Positions 8,545 to 18,331 of a DNA stretch of 64,000 bases are shown one piece after another. The stretch is from a phage: the NCBI GenBank assembly GCA_019385495.1, contig GCA_019385495.1_4102.1; one strand, written 5' to 3'. A program made the translations under genes and the position numbers. Under the pieces are notes generated by a model. The model was given only the letters and a program-made list of their open reading frames with translations, had not been told where the DNA came from and made no database searches. Position 1 is the stretch's first letter. Each line of letters begins with the position of its first letter.

Positions 8545-9984
8545 ATGAAAAAATATACAATTGACACAAACGTACTACTATCTGACCCTAATGCATCTAT
8601 TGCTTTTGATGGTGCTGCAATCATTCTACCATTTACAGTACTGGAAGAATTGGATTCAATTAAGAGTCGTAATGTAGATGTTTCACGCGATGCTCGTGTT
8701 GCTATTCGTAACATTGAAGCAATTATTGCAGATGCATCACATGATGAGATTAGTAGTACTGGTGTTAATATTGCTGATGTTCATACCAATATGAATCCTG
8801 ATAGCAAATTGTTTGTTATTACAAACGAAGAAGCTGAAGCACTAATTCGTACTAAAGGTTCAGAAGAGAAAGTTCAAACCCTTCTCAAAAGCACAGTACC
8901 TGATGATAAAATCATTCTGGTAGCTTTAGCAACAGAATCAGTACTGGTAACTCGTGATATCAACATGCGTATCAAAGCACTAAGTTATGGTGTCGAGGTA
9001 CAAGATTATCGCCATGATATTGTTATTGGTGATAGTGATTTGATTCACATTGGTCAACACCATTTGGAAATCAATTTTTGGGAAGTATATAGCAACTTAA
9101 CCAATACTAATATTCAATCCGAACAAGTTGGTCGTCGTTTGTATCATTACATTTCCAAAAGCTTGATTGAGCATTTGCTCCCACAAAATCTATGCATCGG
9201 GGATTATCTATATGATGATGCAGACGTATTATTTGTGTACGAAGGTCAATCAGCAATTGAGGAAGATGATGGAACACTAACACCAGAAGATATTTTGGTA
9301 TTCCAAGATATTGGACAATCAGTAGCTTTACGTGCTAAAGTATGGGATATTAAAGCAAAGAATATCCAACAAGCACTCGCCATCAACAGTATTCTCGATC
9401 CTGATGTACATCTAACAGTACTGCTAGGTTCTGCTGGTACTGGTAAAACACTAATTACGATTGCGACTGCATTAGAATTAGTACTGGAAAAACGTAAATA
9501 CGACCGAATCATCTTCTCTAAAACTCAAGACTCACAGTTTGAAGATATTGGTTTCTTGCCAGGTTCAGAAGCAGAAAAAGTGATTCCATTCTGTGGAGCC
9601 GCAATTGACGCGTTAGAGTTTCTTCATAAAGATGATGCTAACCCTCAAGGTAGTATTGAAGAGATTATGAAACGTAATGTTATTCAATTTAAAGCACTAA
9701 ACTTTGTACGTGGACGTTCATTCACCAACACTATTCTAGTAGTTGATGAATTCCAAAACATTACACCTGCACAAGCCAAAACAATCTTGACACGAGCAGG
9801 ATTAAACTGTAAAGTAGTAATTATGGGTAACTTGAGTCAGATTGACAGTAAGTTTATTAGTCCTGTTAACAGTGGTTTGACATATGTAACTGAGAAGTTT
9901 AAAGATTGGGCAGGTTGTCGTGTCATCGAACTTGAAGGTGTTGTTCGCTCACCACTAGCTGAATTTGCTGAAGAAAATATGTAA
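8545..9984 (+). CDS. phoH: PhoH-like ATPase with N-terminal PIN domain
   Basis: Acidic PIN-like N-terminus (TNVLLSD...LEELD); Walker A GSAGTGKT, Walker B VVDEFQN. Confidence 0.8.
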   Translation: MKKYTIDTNVLLSDPNASIAFDGAAIILPFTVLEELDSIKSRNVDVSRDARVAIRNIEAIIADASHDEISSTGVNIADVHTNMNPDSKLFVITNEEAEALIRTKGSEEKVQTLLKSTVPDDKIILVALATESVLVTRDINMRIKALSYGVEVQDYRHDIVIGDSDLIHIGQHHLEINFWEVYSNLTNTNIQSEQVGRRLYHYISKSLIEHLLPQNLCIGDYLYDDADVLFVYEGQSAIEEDDGTLTPEDILVFQDIGQSVALRAKVWDIKAKNIQQALAINSILDPDVHLTVLLGSAGTGKTLITIATALELVLEKRKYDRIIFSKTQDSQFEDIGFLPGSEAEKVIPFCGAAIDALEFLHKDDANPQGSIEEIMKRNVIQFKALNFVRGRSFTNTILVVDEFQNITPAQAKTILTRAGLNCKVVIMGNLSQIDSKFISPVNSGLTYVTEKFKDWAGCRVIELEGVVRSPLAEFAEENM

Positions 9985-9987
9985 TAT

Positions 9988-10021
9988 TGTATGGGACATA
10001 ATGTCCCATACATGATATAAT
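9988..10021 (+). promoter_or_regulatory. inverted repeat overlapping an extended -10 promoter
   Basis: TGTATGGGACAT-A-ATGTCCCATACA (12-bp arms) then TGaTATAAT about 30 nt before the next ATG. Confidence 0.35.
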
Positions 10022-10052
10022 GTTGTTATCATAATACAGAAGGAGATATAAA

Positions 10053-10241
10053 ATGGCTAAACAACCTAAGAAAAAAGAACCAGTAGCAAAAGTTAAGAAA
10101 GAGAAAGTTATTCAATCTAAAGAACAACGTATGTACGAACAACGTAAGAGTGAAACCCTATCCGGTCTACAAGCTCTACGCAAACAAGGTGTACTAACTC
10201 GTGCACAGTACCGTGAACTAGTAGCTCAGAAAGGTTTTTGA
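10053..10241 (+). CDS. small Lys-rich basic protein
   Basis: 62 aa; AAGGAGA RBS. Confidence 0.5.
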   Translation: MAKQPKKKEPVAKVKKEKVIQSKEQRMYEQRKSETLSGLQALRKQGVLTRAQYRELVAQKGF

Positions 10242-10346
10242 TTCATTTGAAGACATATTGTGGAGTTCTTAATAAATACTTTTATAAGAATAATAATACT
10301 TTTTATTAAATTAAAAAGAACTCCATGTGTTATTTCAGTTTTTCGT

Positions 10347-10372
10347 CCCTGTCTTTTGGCAGGGATTTTTTA
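10347..10372 (+). terminator. intrinsic terminator
   Basis: CCCTG-TCTTTTGG-CAGGG then T-run. Confidence 0.5.
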
Positions 10373-10467
10373 TATCTATATCTTGACAAAAGGAACAAAT
10401 CATGAGAACATGTATTAAAGGAAGAATGACTTTCCATTAGGTTATTTTAACTTAAAGGAGATTTCAT

Positions 10468-11025
10468 ATGTTTTTTGACCAAACATTTACGTTGTATCAC
10501 GATTCTGGTAAAGTTGAGATTATTGATAATCTGTTAGAGTACATTGCGGAACATGACGGTATAGACCGTTTCCACAGTAAGATGAAATTCGATTTAGCTG
10601 AATTCAACAAAAAGAATCGTGAAACATTTTGGAAGAACCGTTTCTATTACGAAATGTTTCCAGAAAAGTTTGTGGGTTATTATCTTTGTACTGAAAAAGG
10701 ATTACTTGTATCTCCTGATTTACTTATGGGTGAATACATGACACTCTATAATGAGTACTGGGAACATAAACGTAAAGCTCGTGATACGGAATGGCGACAT
10801 AAGCGTTCGTATATGTACAAACATAACCACTCCCGATACAAGCGTCCTAAGACACAACAAGAGCGTCGTATGGCTTGTGCAGTACTGAAGGATGAGGGGG
10901 AACCTGATATACGTGGAAGACGTAAGATGCGTTCATTACCATCGTATTGGGACGATATCAGAACAAGACATAGTACTGGCTGGAAATACAGTACTAAACG
11001 TAAACATCAATACAAAGGGAGCTAA
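10468..11025 (+). CDS. hypothetical protein, basic C-terminus
   Basis: 185 aa; AAAGGAG RBS. Confidence 0.55.
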   Translation: MFFDQTFTLYHDSGKVEIIDNLLEYIAEHDGIDRFHSKMKFDLAEFNKKNRETFWKNRFYYEMFPEKFVGYYLCTEKGLLVSPDLLMGEYMTLYNEYWEHKRKARDTEWRHKRSYMYKHNHSRYKRPKTQQERRMACAVLKDEGEPDIRGRRKMRSLPSYWDDIRTRHSTGWKYSTKRKHQYKGS

Positions 11026-11052
11026 TGCTCCCTAATTTTATAGGTGAACTTT

Positions 11053-11382
11053 ATGAACAAAATTGACGTTACTGTAGTGATTGGTTATATTGAAATTGAA
11101 CCGTGTGGCATTGATACCTTTATTGACACTCTTAATAAGTATCGTGCTGAATATAACGGTCACATTAGTCTTTCACCAGACGGTGGTTACGGCGGGTTCG
11201 ATGGATACAATGTAATTTGGACCAGAGAAGAAACTGACGAAGAATATAATACACGAATTGAAGCTGAATCTAAAAGATGTGAAGAAATTGAACGTCAAGA
11301 AATGAAACACTTAATGAACAAGAAATCATTAAGTACCGAAGAGAAATCTAAACTGCTAAAATACATCAAGGATTACATGTAA
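11053..11382 (+). CDS. hypothetical protein
   Basis: ORF 11044 (GTG); ATG at codon 4, AGGTGA upstream. Confidence 0.5.
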   Translation: MNKIDVTVVIGYIEIEPCGIDTFIDTLNKYRAEYNGHISLSPDGGYGGFDGYNVIWTREETDEEYNTRIEAESKRCEEIERQEMKHLMNKKSLSTEEKSKLLKYIKDYM

Positions 11383-12032
11383 TGAAAAATGTAACTCAAG
11401 AAAAGATTCTGTACCTTGCAAAGTACAATGGTGGTTTCAATATCATTAGCCGTGAGTACAGTGGTAATTTGGCTAAGTTGATTGACAGTTTGTTAGAATT
11501 TGATTTCATTAAATGGGAAACTAATGAACTTTGGTACGAATATGCTGGTCAGAAATGGGAAAGTGATTATGATAATGCAATACATTCATACACTATCACC
11601 AAAGCAGGTGAAGTTCGATTAGCCATTATGCGTTGTGCATATACTTACAAAAATCATAAAGGTGAAGAAAAACATATTCGCAGAAATGAAGAGCTATTAC
11701 TTCTCATGGAAGCAGCAAAAGTTACAATGCATGATTTGTTCCACCACCCACGTTGGTATGAAAATCTAACAAAAGCAGAGTACAAAGCTTTACGTTACAT
11801 TGATGAACAAAACAACAACCCAGTTGAAGTTGATGATGTTAGTGATGATGAACTAAGCCTCAAAAATGTATTTGAAAGTACCAGTACTGAAAGTATTACA
11901 GACATTTCTGTACAGATGGCACTAAAAGCAATGGAACTTTTCAAGACACAATATGAAGGACACAGTGCTGAAGAAGTAGAGCGTGAGTTCATTACACGCG
12001 TACAGATTGCATTGTTCCAATCGAAAAAGTAG
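11382..12032 (+). CDS. hypothetical protein
   Basis: 216 aa; TAATG overlap. Confidence 0.55.
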   Translation: MKNVTQEKILYLAKYNGGFNIISREYSGNLAKLIDSLLEFDFIKWETNELWYEYAGQKWESDYDNAIHSYTITKAGEVRLAIMRCAYTYKNHKGEEKHIRRNEELLLLMEAAKVTMHDLFHHPRWYENLTKAEYKALRYIDEQNNNPVEVDDVSDDELSLKNVFESTSTESITDISVQMALKAMELFKTQYEGHSAEEVEREFITRVQIALFQSKK

Positions 12033-12038
12033 GATGAT

Positions 12039-12218
12039 ATGAAATTTTTACTTGTACTAATCGCAGTTCTTATGGTATTATCTTGTTCAGTTAGTAATGG
12101 TTCATACATTTACGTATCAGTATTTGAAGAAGCTCCCGACAACTGTGTATTAACTCACACTGGAATTGTGTTAGTTAATGGTAAACCATCAATCGAGTAC
12201 TTATGTATAGGTGATTAA
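12039..12218 (+). CDS. small putative lipoprotein (59 aa)
   Basis: Below ORF-track cutoff; MKFLLVLIAVLMVLSC signal peptide with lipobox-like Cys. Confidence 0.4.
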   Translation: MKFLLVLIAVLMVLSCSVSNGSYIYVSVFEEAPDNCVLTHTGIVLVNGKPSIEYLCIGD

Positions 12219-12221
12219 ATT

Positions 12222-12452
12222 ATGAAATTATTATATATTTTTATTATTTCTTCTATTGTATTTCTGAGTGGATGTGCTCCTAAAGTTGATGAGATGGATG
12301 CTGAAATCATCCGTCAAGGTTTAACAAAACTAAATCACCAAGGAACACTATACGCATGTCATACTATGCGTCATGGGCAAGATCTTAATCTCATGTGCAG
12401 GAAGATTGTGAATCGCAAACGTCTTAATACTGTTCCGAAGGATGCACAATGA
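12222..12452 (+). CDS. putative lipoprotein
   Basis: Signal peptide with lipobox FLSGC. Confidence 0.5.
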   Translation: MKLLYIFIISSIVFLSGCAPKVDEMDAEIIRQGLTKLNHQGTLYACHTMRHGQDLNLMCRKIVNRKRLNTVPKDAQ

Positions 12453-12619
12453 AAGAAGTAATTGACTACAAATGTAAAAATTGTGGCAAAGATAAGGGTA
12501 AGCATTCAGTACAAGGGATGGCTTGCCCGAATCCAGGTCGTGGTAATTTCAGAGGGTTCAGTACTGAAAAGTCTTACGAACCGGATCATACCAAACCTGT
12601 AATGGGTTATAAATTATGA
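12449..12619 (+). CDS. small Cys-rich (zinc-ribbon-like) protein, 56 aa
   Basis: CKNCG...ACPNPG; ATGA overlaps at both ends. Confidence 0.35.
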   Translation: MKEVIDYKCKNCGKDKGKHSVQGMACPNPGRGNFRGFSTEKSYEPDHTKPVMGYKL

Positions 12620-12975
12620 GTGATTATGTAGCATTTCTTCATCGCTTTGGAGAAGCTAAAGAAAAACATATTATCCGTATGCCATTATATGGTGAAAAAG
12701 ACTGGTACAAAAGTACTATCAGTGTAGGTGCATTTCGTGACCGTGAAGCTGGATTCTTTCTGGGTAAGAAACATGAACGAGAGGTACTTTGCTCACTGTG
12801 GCGTTTGGATGAATGGGATAGTGAGAACGTAAGAACTGCTGAATCAATGCTGGCTATTGTTGGTATTGCGAACTATCAGCATCCATATGACCTATTACCT
12901 ACATTTGAACATGCTTCTTTGTTTGACTTTTACAAAGCAGTAGGGTATGATTATAAAAAGAAACGTTACATTTAA
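12616..12975 (+). CDS. hypothetical protein
   Basis: 119 aa ORF. Confidence 0.5.
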   Translation: MSDYVAFLHRFGEAKEKHIIRMPLYGEKDWYKSTISVGAFRDREAGFFLGKKHEREVLCSLWRLDEWDSENVRTAESMLAIVGIANYQHPYDLLPTFEHASLFDFYKAVGYDYKKKRYI

Positions 12976-12978
12976 TAT

Positions 12979-13006
12979 CAGTACTGTCATAATGGCAGTA
13001 CTTTTT
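12979..13006 (+). terminator. intrinsic terminator
   Basis: CAGTACTG-loop-CAGTACT stem then T-run. Confidence 0.45.
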
Positions 13007-13020
13007 AATTGGAGATTACT

Positions 13021-13635
13021 ATGACTACATCGGAAAAGTACTGGTGGATTTTGGCTCATCCTAAATTCATAAACAAAGATATGGTTCCAGCTAGGATTGA
13101 TATAGAACCTCATGATGTGTGTCCAATGACAAATCGAATTGAAGATTTCAAAGCATTGAATACAAAGACTCAATTTTGGGTAGAATTTCTTTCACCAATG
13201 TATATTGAGCAAGACGACGAATGGGTACAAGCACATGATTATCAATTGGATTGTGGTGGTGATACGTATGAAGAGGCGATTGATAAATTATACAAAAATG
13301 TGCTAAACACATATGGTGATTACACCCAACAAGAAGCAGATAACACATTTAATAAGATCCATGCATTCAAATCTACTCCATCAATTTTTAATCCCACTAA
13401 AACTGTTTGGGAGGAACGACACAGTTGGAGTTCATGTGTAATCGATGAAGAAACCAAAGAAAAAATCATCGATGATATAAAAAATTTAAAAAATACGATA
13501 GAAGCCTTGCGTGAATTCATAATGTCTTGTACAATAGAACAACAGAAAGAGGCAAAGATACATTTGGAGAGTGAAGAATGTAAACTTTGGGTTCTAGAGA
13601 AATCTATTGAAAAGGGTATAGACTTAGACTTATGA
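13021..13635 (+). CDS. hypothetical protein
   Basis: ORF 13009 (TTG); ATG at M5 after GGAG. Confidence 0.55.
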   Translation: MTTSEKYWWILAHPKFINKDMVPARIDIEPHDVCPMTNRIEDFKALNTKTQFWVEFLSPMYIEQDDEWVQAHDYQLDCGGDTYEEAIDKLYKNVLNTYGDYTQQEADNTFNKIHAFKSTPSIFNPTKTVWEERHSWSSCVIDEETKEKIIDDIKNLKNTIEALREFIMSCTIEQQKEAKIHLESEECKLWVLEKSIEKGIDLDL

Positions 13636-14000
13636 ATAGTAAATTGGAGAAACTAATCGAAGAATTACGCCAGATGCCACCTATTGAACAAGTAGGAAAT
13701 TACAAACGGTATCGTGTTATTGCTCGTGCACTTGATAAAAAAGGTAGAGTACTGGCAACTCGCACAAATTCTTATACACAGACTCACCCAGTACAGAAGG
13801 GTTTCGCCATTCGTGCTGGGCGACCGCAAGGTGAGTTTCTTCATGCTGAAATTTCATGTTTACTGGCTGCTCGTGCTGATGTTCATACTTTACTGATTGC
13901 ACGGATAAGTAAAGATGGAATTCCTGTTCCGGCTAAACCATGTGAAATTTGCTCATTAGCAATAAAAGAATATGGGGTGAAAGAGATTATCCACACATGA
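13632..14000 (+). CDS. small CDA-fold zinc deaminase (TadA/CDA-like)
   Basis: HAEISCL and PCEICSL zinc-binding motifs; 122 aa. Confidence 0.6.
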   Translation: MNSKLEKLIEELRQMPPIEQVGNYKRYRVIARALDKKGRVLATRTNSYTQTHPVQKGFAIRAGRPQGEFLHAEISCLLAARADVHTLLIARISKDGIPVPAKPCEICSLAIKEYGVKEIIHT

Positions 14001-14218
14001 AAATTGAAAGATATGCTAAGCATACTGTTGGGTGTGTAAATGATATATTCTATTATTATATTTTTGCACCTGAACTACGTTTTCAAATCACAACATACAA
14101 TGATGGCAGATTTAAAGATACAAACTTCCTCATAACCGACTTAGCAAAGTATGCGAATACAGAACATTTTAATCATTTAGTATTTGTGTACTGTATACCA
14201 AACCCAAATAAAAAGTAG
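13997..14218 (+). CDS. hypothetical protein
   Basis: Start at M17 of ORF 13949, ATGA overlap. Confidence 0.4.
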   Translation: MKIERYAKHTVGCVNDIFYYYIFAPELRFQITTYNDGRFKDTNFLITDLAKYANTEHFNHLVFVYCIPNPNKK

Positions 14219-14228
14219 GAGATTAAAA

Positions 14229-14588
14229 ATGGCTAAAACAATTTCTTTAAAAAATGAAAATGTAGGACAACGCAAAGATGGTTTCTTTGGTTTTTCTTGG
14301 ACAACATTATTCTTTGGACCGTTCCCTGCATTGTTTCGTGGTGACTTTATTACGTTCATCGGTGCATTCGTAATTTACTTCATCCTCAACGCAGTGTCAT
14401 TTTGGATTGTGGGTACAATTGCAATGGTTGTATGGGCATTTCTTTATAATAAGTACTACACCGTGAATCTCATCAAGAATGGGTATAAATTCAATGGCAC
14501 ACATGAAGAAAATGCTGAAGCTGCAATGGCTTTGCAAATTGATTTGAATAAAAACAACACAGTTGATAAAAATAAAGATCCTGAATAA
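14229..14588 (+). CDS. membrane protein
   Basis: Start at M16 of ORF 14184 after GTAGGAG; two TM helices. Confidence 0.5.
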   Translation: MAKTISLKNENVGQRKDGFFGFSWTTLFFGPFPALFRGDFITFIGAFVIYFILNAVSFWIVGTIAMVVWAFLYNKYYTVNLIKNGYKFNGTHEENAEAAMALQIDLNKNNTVDKNKDPE

Positions 14589-14807
14589 ATGGAAAAATAT
14601 GACATAATTTACGATTATTATGGTAAGGCTTATATGAAGTGTGGGCGTTATGTTGAACTCTCTAATAGAGAATCAATAGATCCCCACACTCTTATAACAA
14701 TTCATAATTCGTACTATAAAAAAGTTACAATAGCTAATTTCGCTACATACGTGAATAATCCATTATTTCCTTACATTATTCAGTACTACTGTAGAGTTAT
14801 CAAATAA
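14589..14807 (+). CDS. hypothetical protein
   Basis: 72 aa ORF. Confidence 0.45.
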   Translation: MEKYDIIYDYYGKAYMKCGRYVELSNRESIDPHTLITIHNSYYKKVTIANFATYVNNPLFPYIIQYYCRVIK

Positions 14808-14818
14808 GGTAAAAAGAA

Positions 14819-15229
14819 ATGTTAGCTGATGAATTTATGTCACTAAGTATCAAGATATTTGATATACTAGGTGATGAAACAGATTTCAATCTAAGCGACA
14901 AAGATATTCCATTGGAAGATGGTGGATACTTTTTTGCGATTGGAACTACGTATAATCTGGATCTTTCAAAGCCTATCAGTGATGATAGTGATTATAATGC
15001 AACAACATATTTTGATTTCCAGCTTGATGGACATAAAGAGCGTTTACTAACGTACAGACGTAAAGGTAGTTTCAATAGAACCGAGATTACAATAATGGAT
15101 TTTGAAAAACGCATTGAACTAGCTAAGAAACATCCATTCATCAGTACTCATACATTTAATAGACTAATCGATCTATTAGATAATTATCCATATACAATCC
15201 GAGGGTCGTTACGTTTAAATGCAGAATGA
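14819..15229 (+). CDS. hypothetical protein
   Basis: 136 aa ORF. Confidence 0.5.
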   Translation: MLADEFMSLSIKIFDILGDETDFNLSDKDIPLEDGGYFFAIGTTYNLDLSKPISDDSDYNATTYFDFQLDGHKERLLTYRRKGSFNRTEITIMDFEKRIELAKKHPFISTHTFNRLIDLLDNYPYTIRGSLRLNAE

Positions 15230-15404
15230 AATCTTCAAAAAAGAATACGATGGTGAAAGTCTCTATGATATTCAAAGAGACGTACATGAAGCATTCGATT
15301 CAAGATTTAACCCATTAGCTGAACAAATCCCACAAGATGAGTTTGGTTTTCAGGAAGGCACTTTCACAGTGACTATTACATGGAGTCCAGATGAGACTAG
15401 CTAA
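15219..15404 (+). CDS. hypothetical protein
   Basis: 61 aa ORF overlapping upstream gene by 11 nt. Confidence 0.35.
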   Translation: MQNEIFKKEYDGESLYDIQRDVHEAFDSRFNPLAEQIPQDEFGFQEGTFTVTITWSPDETS

Positions 15405-15507
15405 ACTTGTCATAGGTTGTAGTGCAATTGCTGCATATATGCTTTTTTCAGCCCCAACCAATGTATTACTGTTAATTTGGGCAGTTGTTATATTAGCAGT
15501 ACTTTAA

Positions 15508-15532
15508 AGCACCCTAGTGGTGCTTTTTCTAT
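15508..15532 (+). terminator. intrinsic terminator
   Basis: AGCACC-CTAGT-GGTGCT then T-run. Confidence 0.45.
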
Positions 15533-15666
15533 TTGTGCAAATAAAAACCAATGTGACTTTTCCTTGATATAGGTCAAGAGAAATAACCTGTTTTGACGCT
15601 ATAATGTTGTCTGGTGATATTAAATATCTTCACCCCCAGATGATTTCAAAATACAAGGAATGTACA

Positions 15667-17472
15667 ATGCAATTAGATAAATTATATACTGACGTAACGA
15701 ATTTCCTCAATCAGAGCAATACTGATCTTACCAACGAAAATGCGAACAAAGATGCGAAATGCGTCAATACACACAGGGATTTACTTGCAGGTATCCTATC
15801 TAAGCATTATTCACAAGATGTTATTCCAAATGAGCTAATGCAGTGGCATAATGATGGTTATGGTCATATTCATGATTTAGACTACTATATCAGCCCATTA
15901 ACCAACTGTTGCTTAGTTAACTACCCAGATATGCTAAAAAATGGATTTACCATTGGTTGTGCCAAAATTGAAGAACCAAAGAGTTTTAGTGTAGCATGTA
16001 CAGTACTGACACAAATTGTTCAGGCTGTTGCTAGTTCCCAGTACGGTGGACAATCGTTGGCTCATATTGACGTTGGTCTTGAACCTTACGTCCAAAAGTC
16101 ATGGGATAAGCTGTTAGAAAAACAAAAGAAATATAATCTAAGTGATGAGTTCATTGAAGAAGAATTACGAAAAGAAGTATACGATGGATGTCAAACATTA
16201 CTTTACCAGACTAATTCAATGATTAGCACTAATGGACAAGCTGCATTCATTTCTCTTAGTTTAGGGCTTAATACTTCTAAATTTGGTAAATTAATCACTG
16301 AACAGTACTTAAAAGTTCATGAGAATGGTTTAGGTAAAGATAAGATTACTCCAGTGTTTCCTAAAGTAATTTTCTTTTTACAAGATGGTATAAACATGAA
16401 TACCAATGATAGTAATTATGACCTTAAACAGTTAGCTATGCGTTGTGCATCAAAACGAATCTACCCAGACTTTGTTTCAGTTCCATTAAATCACAAAGTG
16501 ACTGGAAGTAGTAGTACTGCTGTAACACCGATGGGCTGTCGTTCATTCTTAGGAAAATGGGAAGATTCAAATGGAAATGAACAATACAACGGTCGTTTCA
16601 ATTTAGGCGTAGTTTCTATCAATTTACCTCTAATTGCTCTTGAGTGTGCTTCTGATGGAGAGTTTTTTGATAAGATAGACGAGCACATGAATATTGCATA
16701 TCGTGCTCAGATGAACCGTGTGGAGCGTTTAAAAGGCACTAAAGCGAAGCAGAATCCAATTTTGTTCATGGAAGGTGCATTAGCACGTTTAGGTGCAGAA
16801 GAAACCATTGACAAGCTATTTTACAATGGTTATGCTAGTATTAGTATTGGTTATGTTGGTCTTGTTGAATGTTCAGAAATCCTCACTGGTTCTATCAGTA
16901 AGGAGTTTTGTATGTCAGTACTGAATTATATGAAAGTAAAATGTGATGAGTTCAAAAAAGAAAGTAATATTGCTTTTAGTCTATATGGAACTCCAGCAGA
17001 GTCGCTTTGTTATAAATTTGCACGTTGCATTGAAGCAAAATATCCTTCAGTACTAAAACGTGATTACATCACAAATTCCTTCCATCAACCAGTATGGGTA
17101 GAAAGTTCTCCATTTGATAAATGGAGTTATGAAGAAGGCTTTGCTTACCTAAGTAACGGTGGAAACATCAGTTATGTTGAATCTCCAAACTTAGCAAACA
17201 ACATTCAAGCACTTGAAACATTAGTTAACTATGCGTACACTAAGATACCATATTTTGGTATTAACCAACCAGTTGACCATTGTTATGAATGTGGCTTCCA
17301 GGGTGAGTTCAGTGTAGATAAACATGGTTTCCACTGTCCGGTATGTGATAATCGTAATGAGAAGACAATCTCAGTGATTCGTCGTGTTTCTGGTTACTTG
17401 GGTAATCCTTCTTCGCGTGGATTCAATAAAGGCAAACAACAAGAGTGTTGTGAGCGTATTCAGCACAAATAA
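15667..17472 (+). CDS. nrdD: anaerobic ribonucleoside-triphosphate reductase
   Basis: Glycyl-radical motif RVSGYLG, C-terminal Zn ribbon CYECG...CPVC, N-terminal region matches T4 NrdD pattern; start at M22 after AAGGAA; no intron. Confidence 0.85.
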   Translation: MQLDKLYTDVTNFLNQSNTDLTNENANKDAKCVNTHRDLLAGILSKHYSQDVIPNELMQWHNDGYGHIHDLDYYISPLTNCCLVNYPDMLKNGFTIGCAKIEEPKSFSVACTVLTQIVQAVASSQYGGQSLAHIDVGLEPYVQKSWDKLLEKQKKYNLSDEFIEEELRKEVYDGCQTLLYQTNSMISTNGQAAFISLSLGLNTSKFGKLITEQYLKVHENGLGKDKITPVFPKVIFFLQDGINMNTNDSNYDLKQLAMRCASKRIYPDFVSVPLNHKVTGSSSTAVTPMGCRSFLGKWEDSNGNEQYNGRFNLGVVSINLPLIALECASDGEFFDKIDEHMNIAYRAQMNRVERLKGTKAKQNPILFMEGALARLGAEETIDKLFYNGYASISIGYVGLVECSEILTGSISKEFCMSVLNYMKVKCDEFKKESNIAFSLYGTPAESLCYKFARCIEAKYPSVLKRDYITNSFHQPVWVESSPFDKWSYEEGFAYLSNGGNISYVESPNLANNIQALETLVNYAYTKIPYFGINQPVDHCYECGFQGEFSVDKHGFHCPVCDNRNEKTISVIRRVSGYLGNPSSRGFNKGKQQECCERIQHK

Positions 17473-17480
17473 GGTAAATT

Positions 17481-17813
17481 ATGGATTTAAAGCCAATTGT
17501 GGTTAACAAATACAAAGAACCGTATGATGTGTATATTGGACGTGGGTCTAAATGGGGAAACCCATTTACCCATATTAAAGATAAACAAACCAAAGCCGAG
17601 TTCATTGTTAGTACAAGAGAAGAATCAATTGAAAAATTCAGAGAATACATTATTGAACGTATTTCTTGTGGAGAAGTTAAGATTGATGAATTACTTGAAC
17701 TCGCAGGGAAACGCCTTGGTTGTTTCTGTAAACCAAAATCATGTCACGGCGATGTTCTTGTCGAAATAGTGAGTGCAATATTAGATGAATTACCAGACGA
17801 TAATCAAGGATGA
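17481..17813 (+). CDS. DUF4326-like protein
   Basis: YIGRGSKWGNPF motif recalled as the DUF4326 signature; lies between nrdD and nrdG. Confidence 0.5.
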   Translation: MDLKPIVVNKYKEPYDVYIGRGSKWGNPFTHIKDKQTKAEFIVSTREESIEKFREYIIERISCGEVKIDELLELAGKRLGCFCKPKSCHGDVLVEIVSAILDELPDDNQG

Positions 17814-18255
17814 TTTAGTAAATGGAGAGGGCGTTCGCTGCTCTTTATTTGTTAGTGGGTGTTCGCACGGATGTGATGGTTGCTTCAATGAAGAAGCATG
17901 GGATTACAGAAGTGGTCAATTGTTCAGTACTGAAACAGTTGAGATTATACTACAGGAACTAAAAAAACCATATGTTAGTGGTTTGTCACTTCTAGGTGGT
18001 GATCCATTAATGAAAAAGAATATAGATGAAGTTTTAAATCTATGCAAAGTAGTTAAAGAAACTTATCCTAGTAAAACTATTTGGTGCTGGAGTGGGTATA
18101 CTTTAGATGAGATTATGAAAAATCATTCTAAAGATATACTTCAGTACTTAGATGTATTAGTTGATGGTAAGTTTATCGAGTCCGAAAAGAATTTAAAATT
18201 ACCTTTCCGTGGTTCAAATAATCAAAGAATACTATATAAAAATAAAGATTTTTAG
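17785..18255 (+). CDS. nrdG: anaerobic RNR activating enzyme (radical SAM)
   Basis: CSHGCDGC (CX3CX2C) cluster motif; 156 aa; overlaps upstream gene by 29 nt. Confidence 0.85.
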   Translation: MNYQTIIKDDLVNGEGVRCSLFVSGCSHGCDGCFNEEAWDYRSGQLFSTETVEIILQELKKPYVSGLSLLGGDPLMKKNIDEVLNLCKVVKETYPSKTIWCWSGYTLDEIMKNHSKDILQYLDVLVDGKFIESEKNLKLPFRGSNNQRILYKNKDF

Positions 18256-18260
18256 CATAA

Positions 18261-18284
18261 GCACCCGTTGGGTGCTTTTTTATT
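18261..18284 (+). terminator. intrinsic terminator
   Basis: GCACCC-GTT-GGGTGC then T-run. Confidence 0.55.
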
Positions 18285-18289
18285 ATGTA

Positions 18290-18297
18290 TATAAATA
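18290..18297 (+). promoter_or_regulatory. T4-type late promoter-like TATAAATA
   Basis: Exact TATAAATA about 34 nt before the tail-fibre ATG. Confidence 0.35.
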
Positions 18298-18331
18298 CAT
18301 TAACTAATATCTAATTTATAAGGGATATATA

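Noticed and set aside
15604-17472. Group I intron or intein in nrdD (T4 nrdD carries an intron)
   Set aside because: The NrdD reading frame is continuous from the N-terminal region through the glycyl-radical motif and Zn ribbon, with length close to intron-less NrdD.
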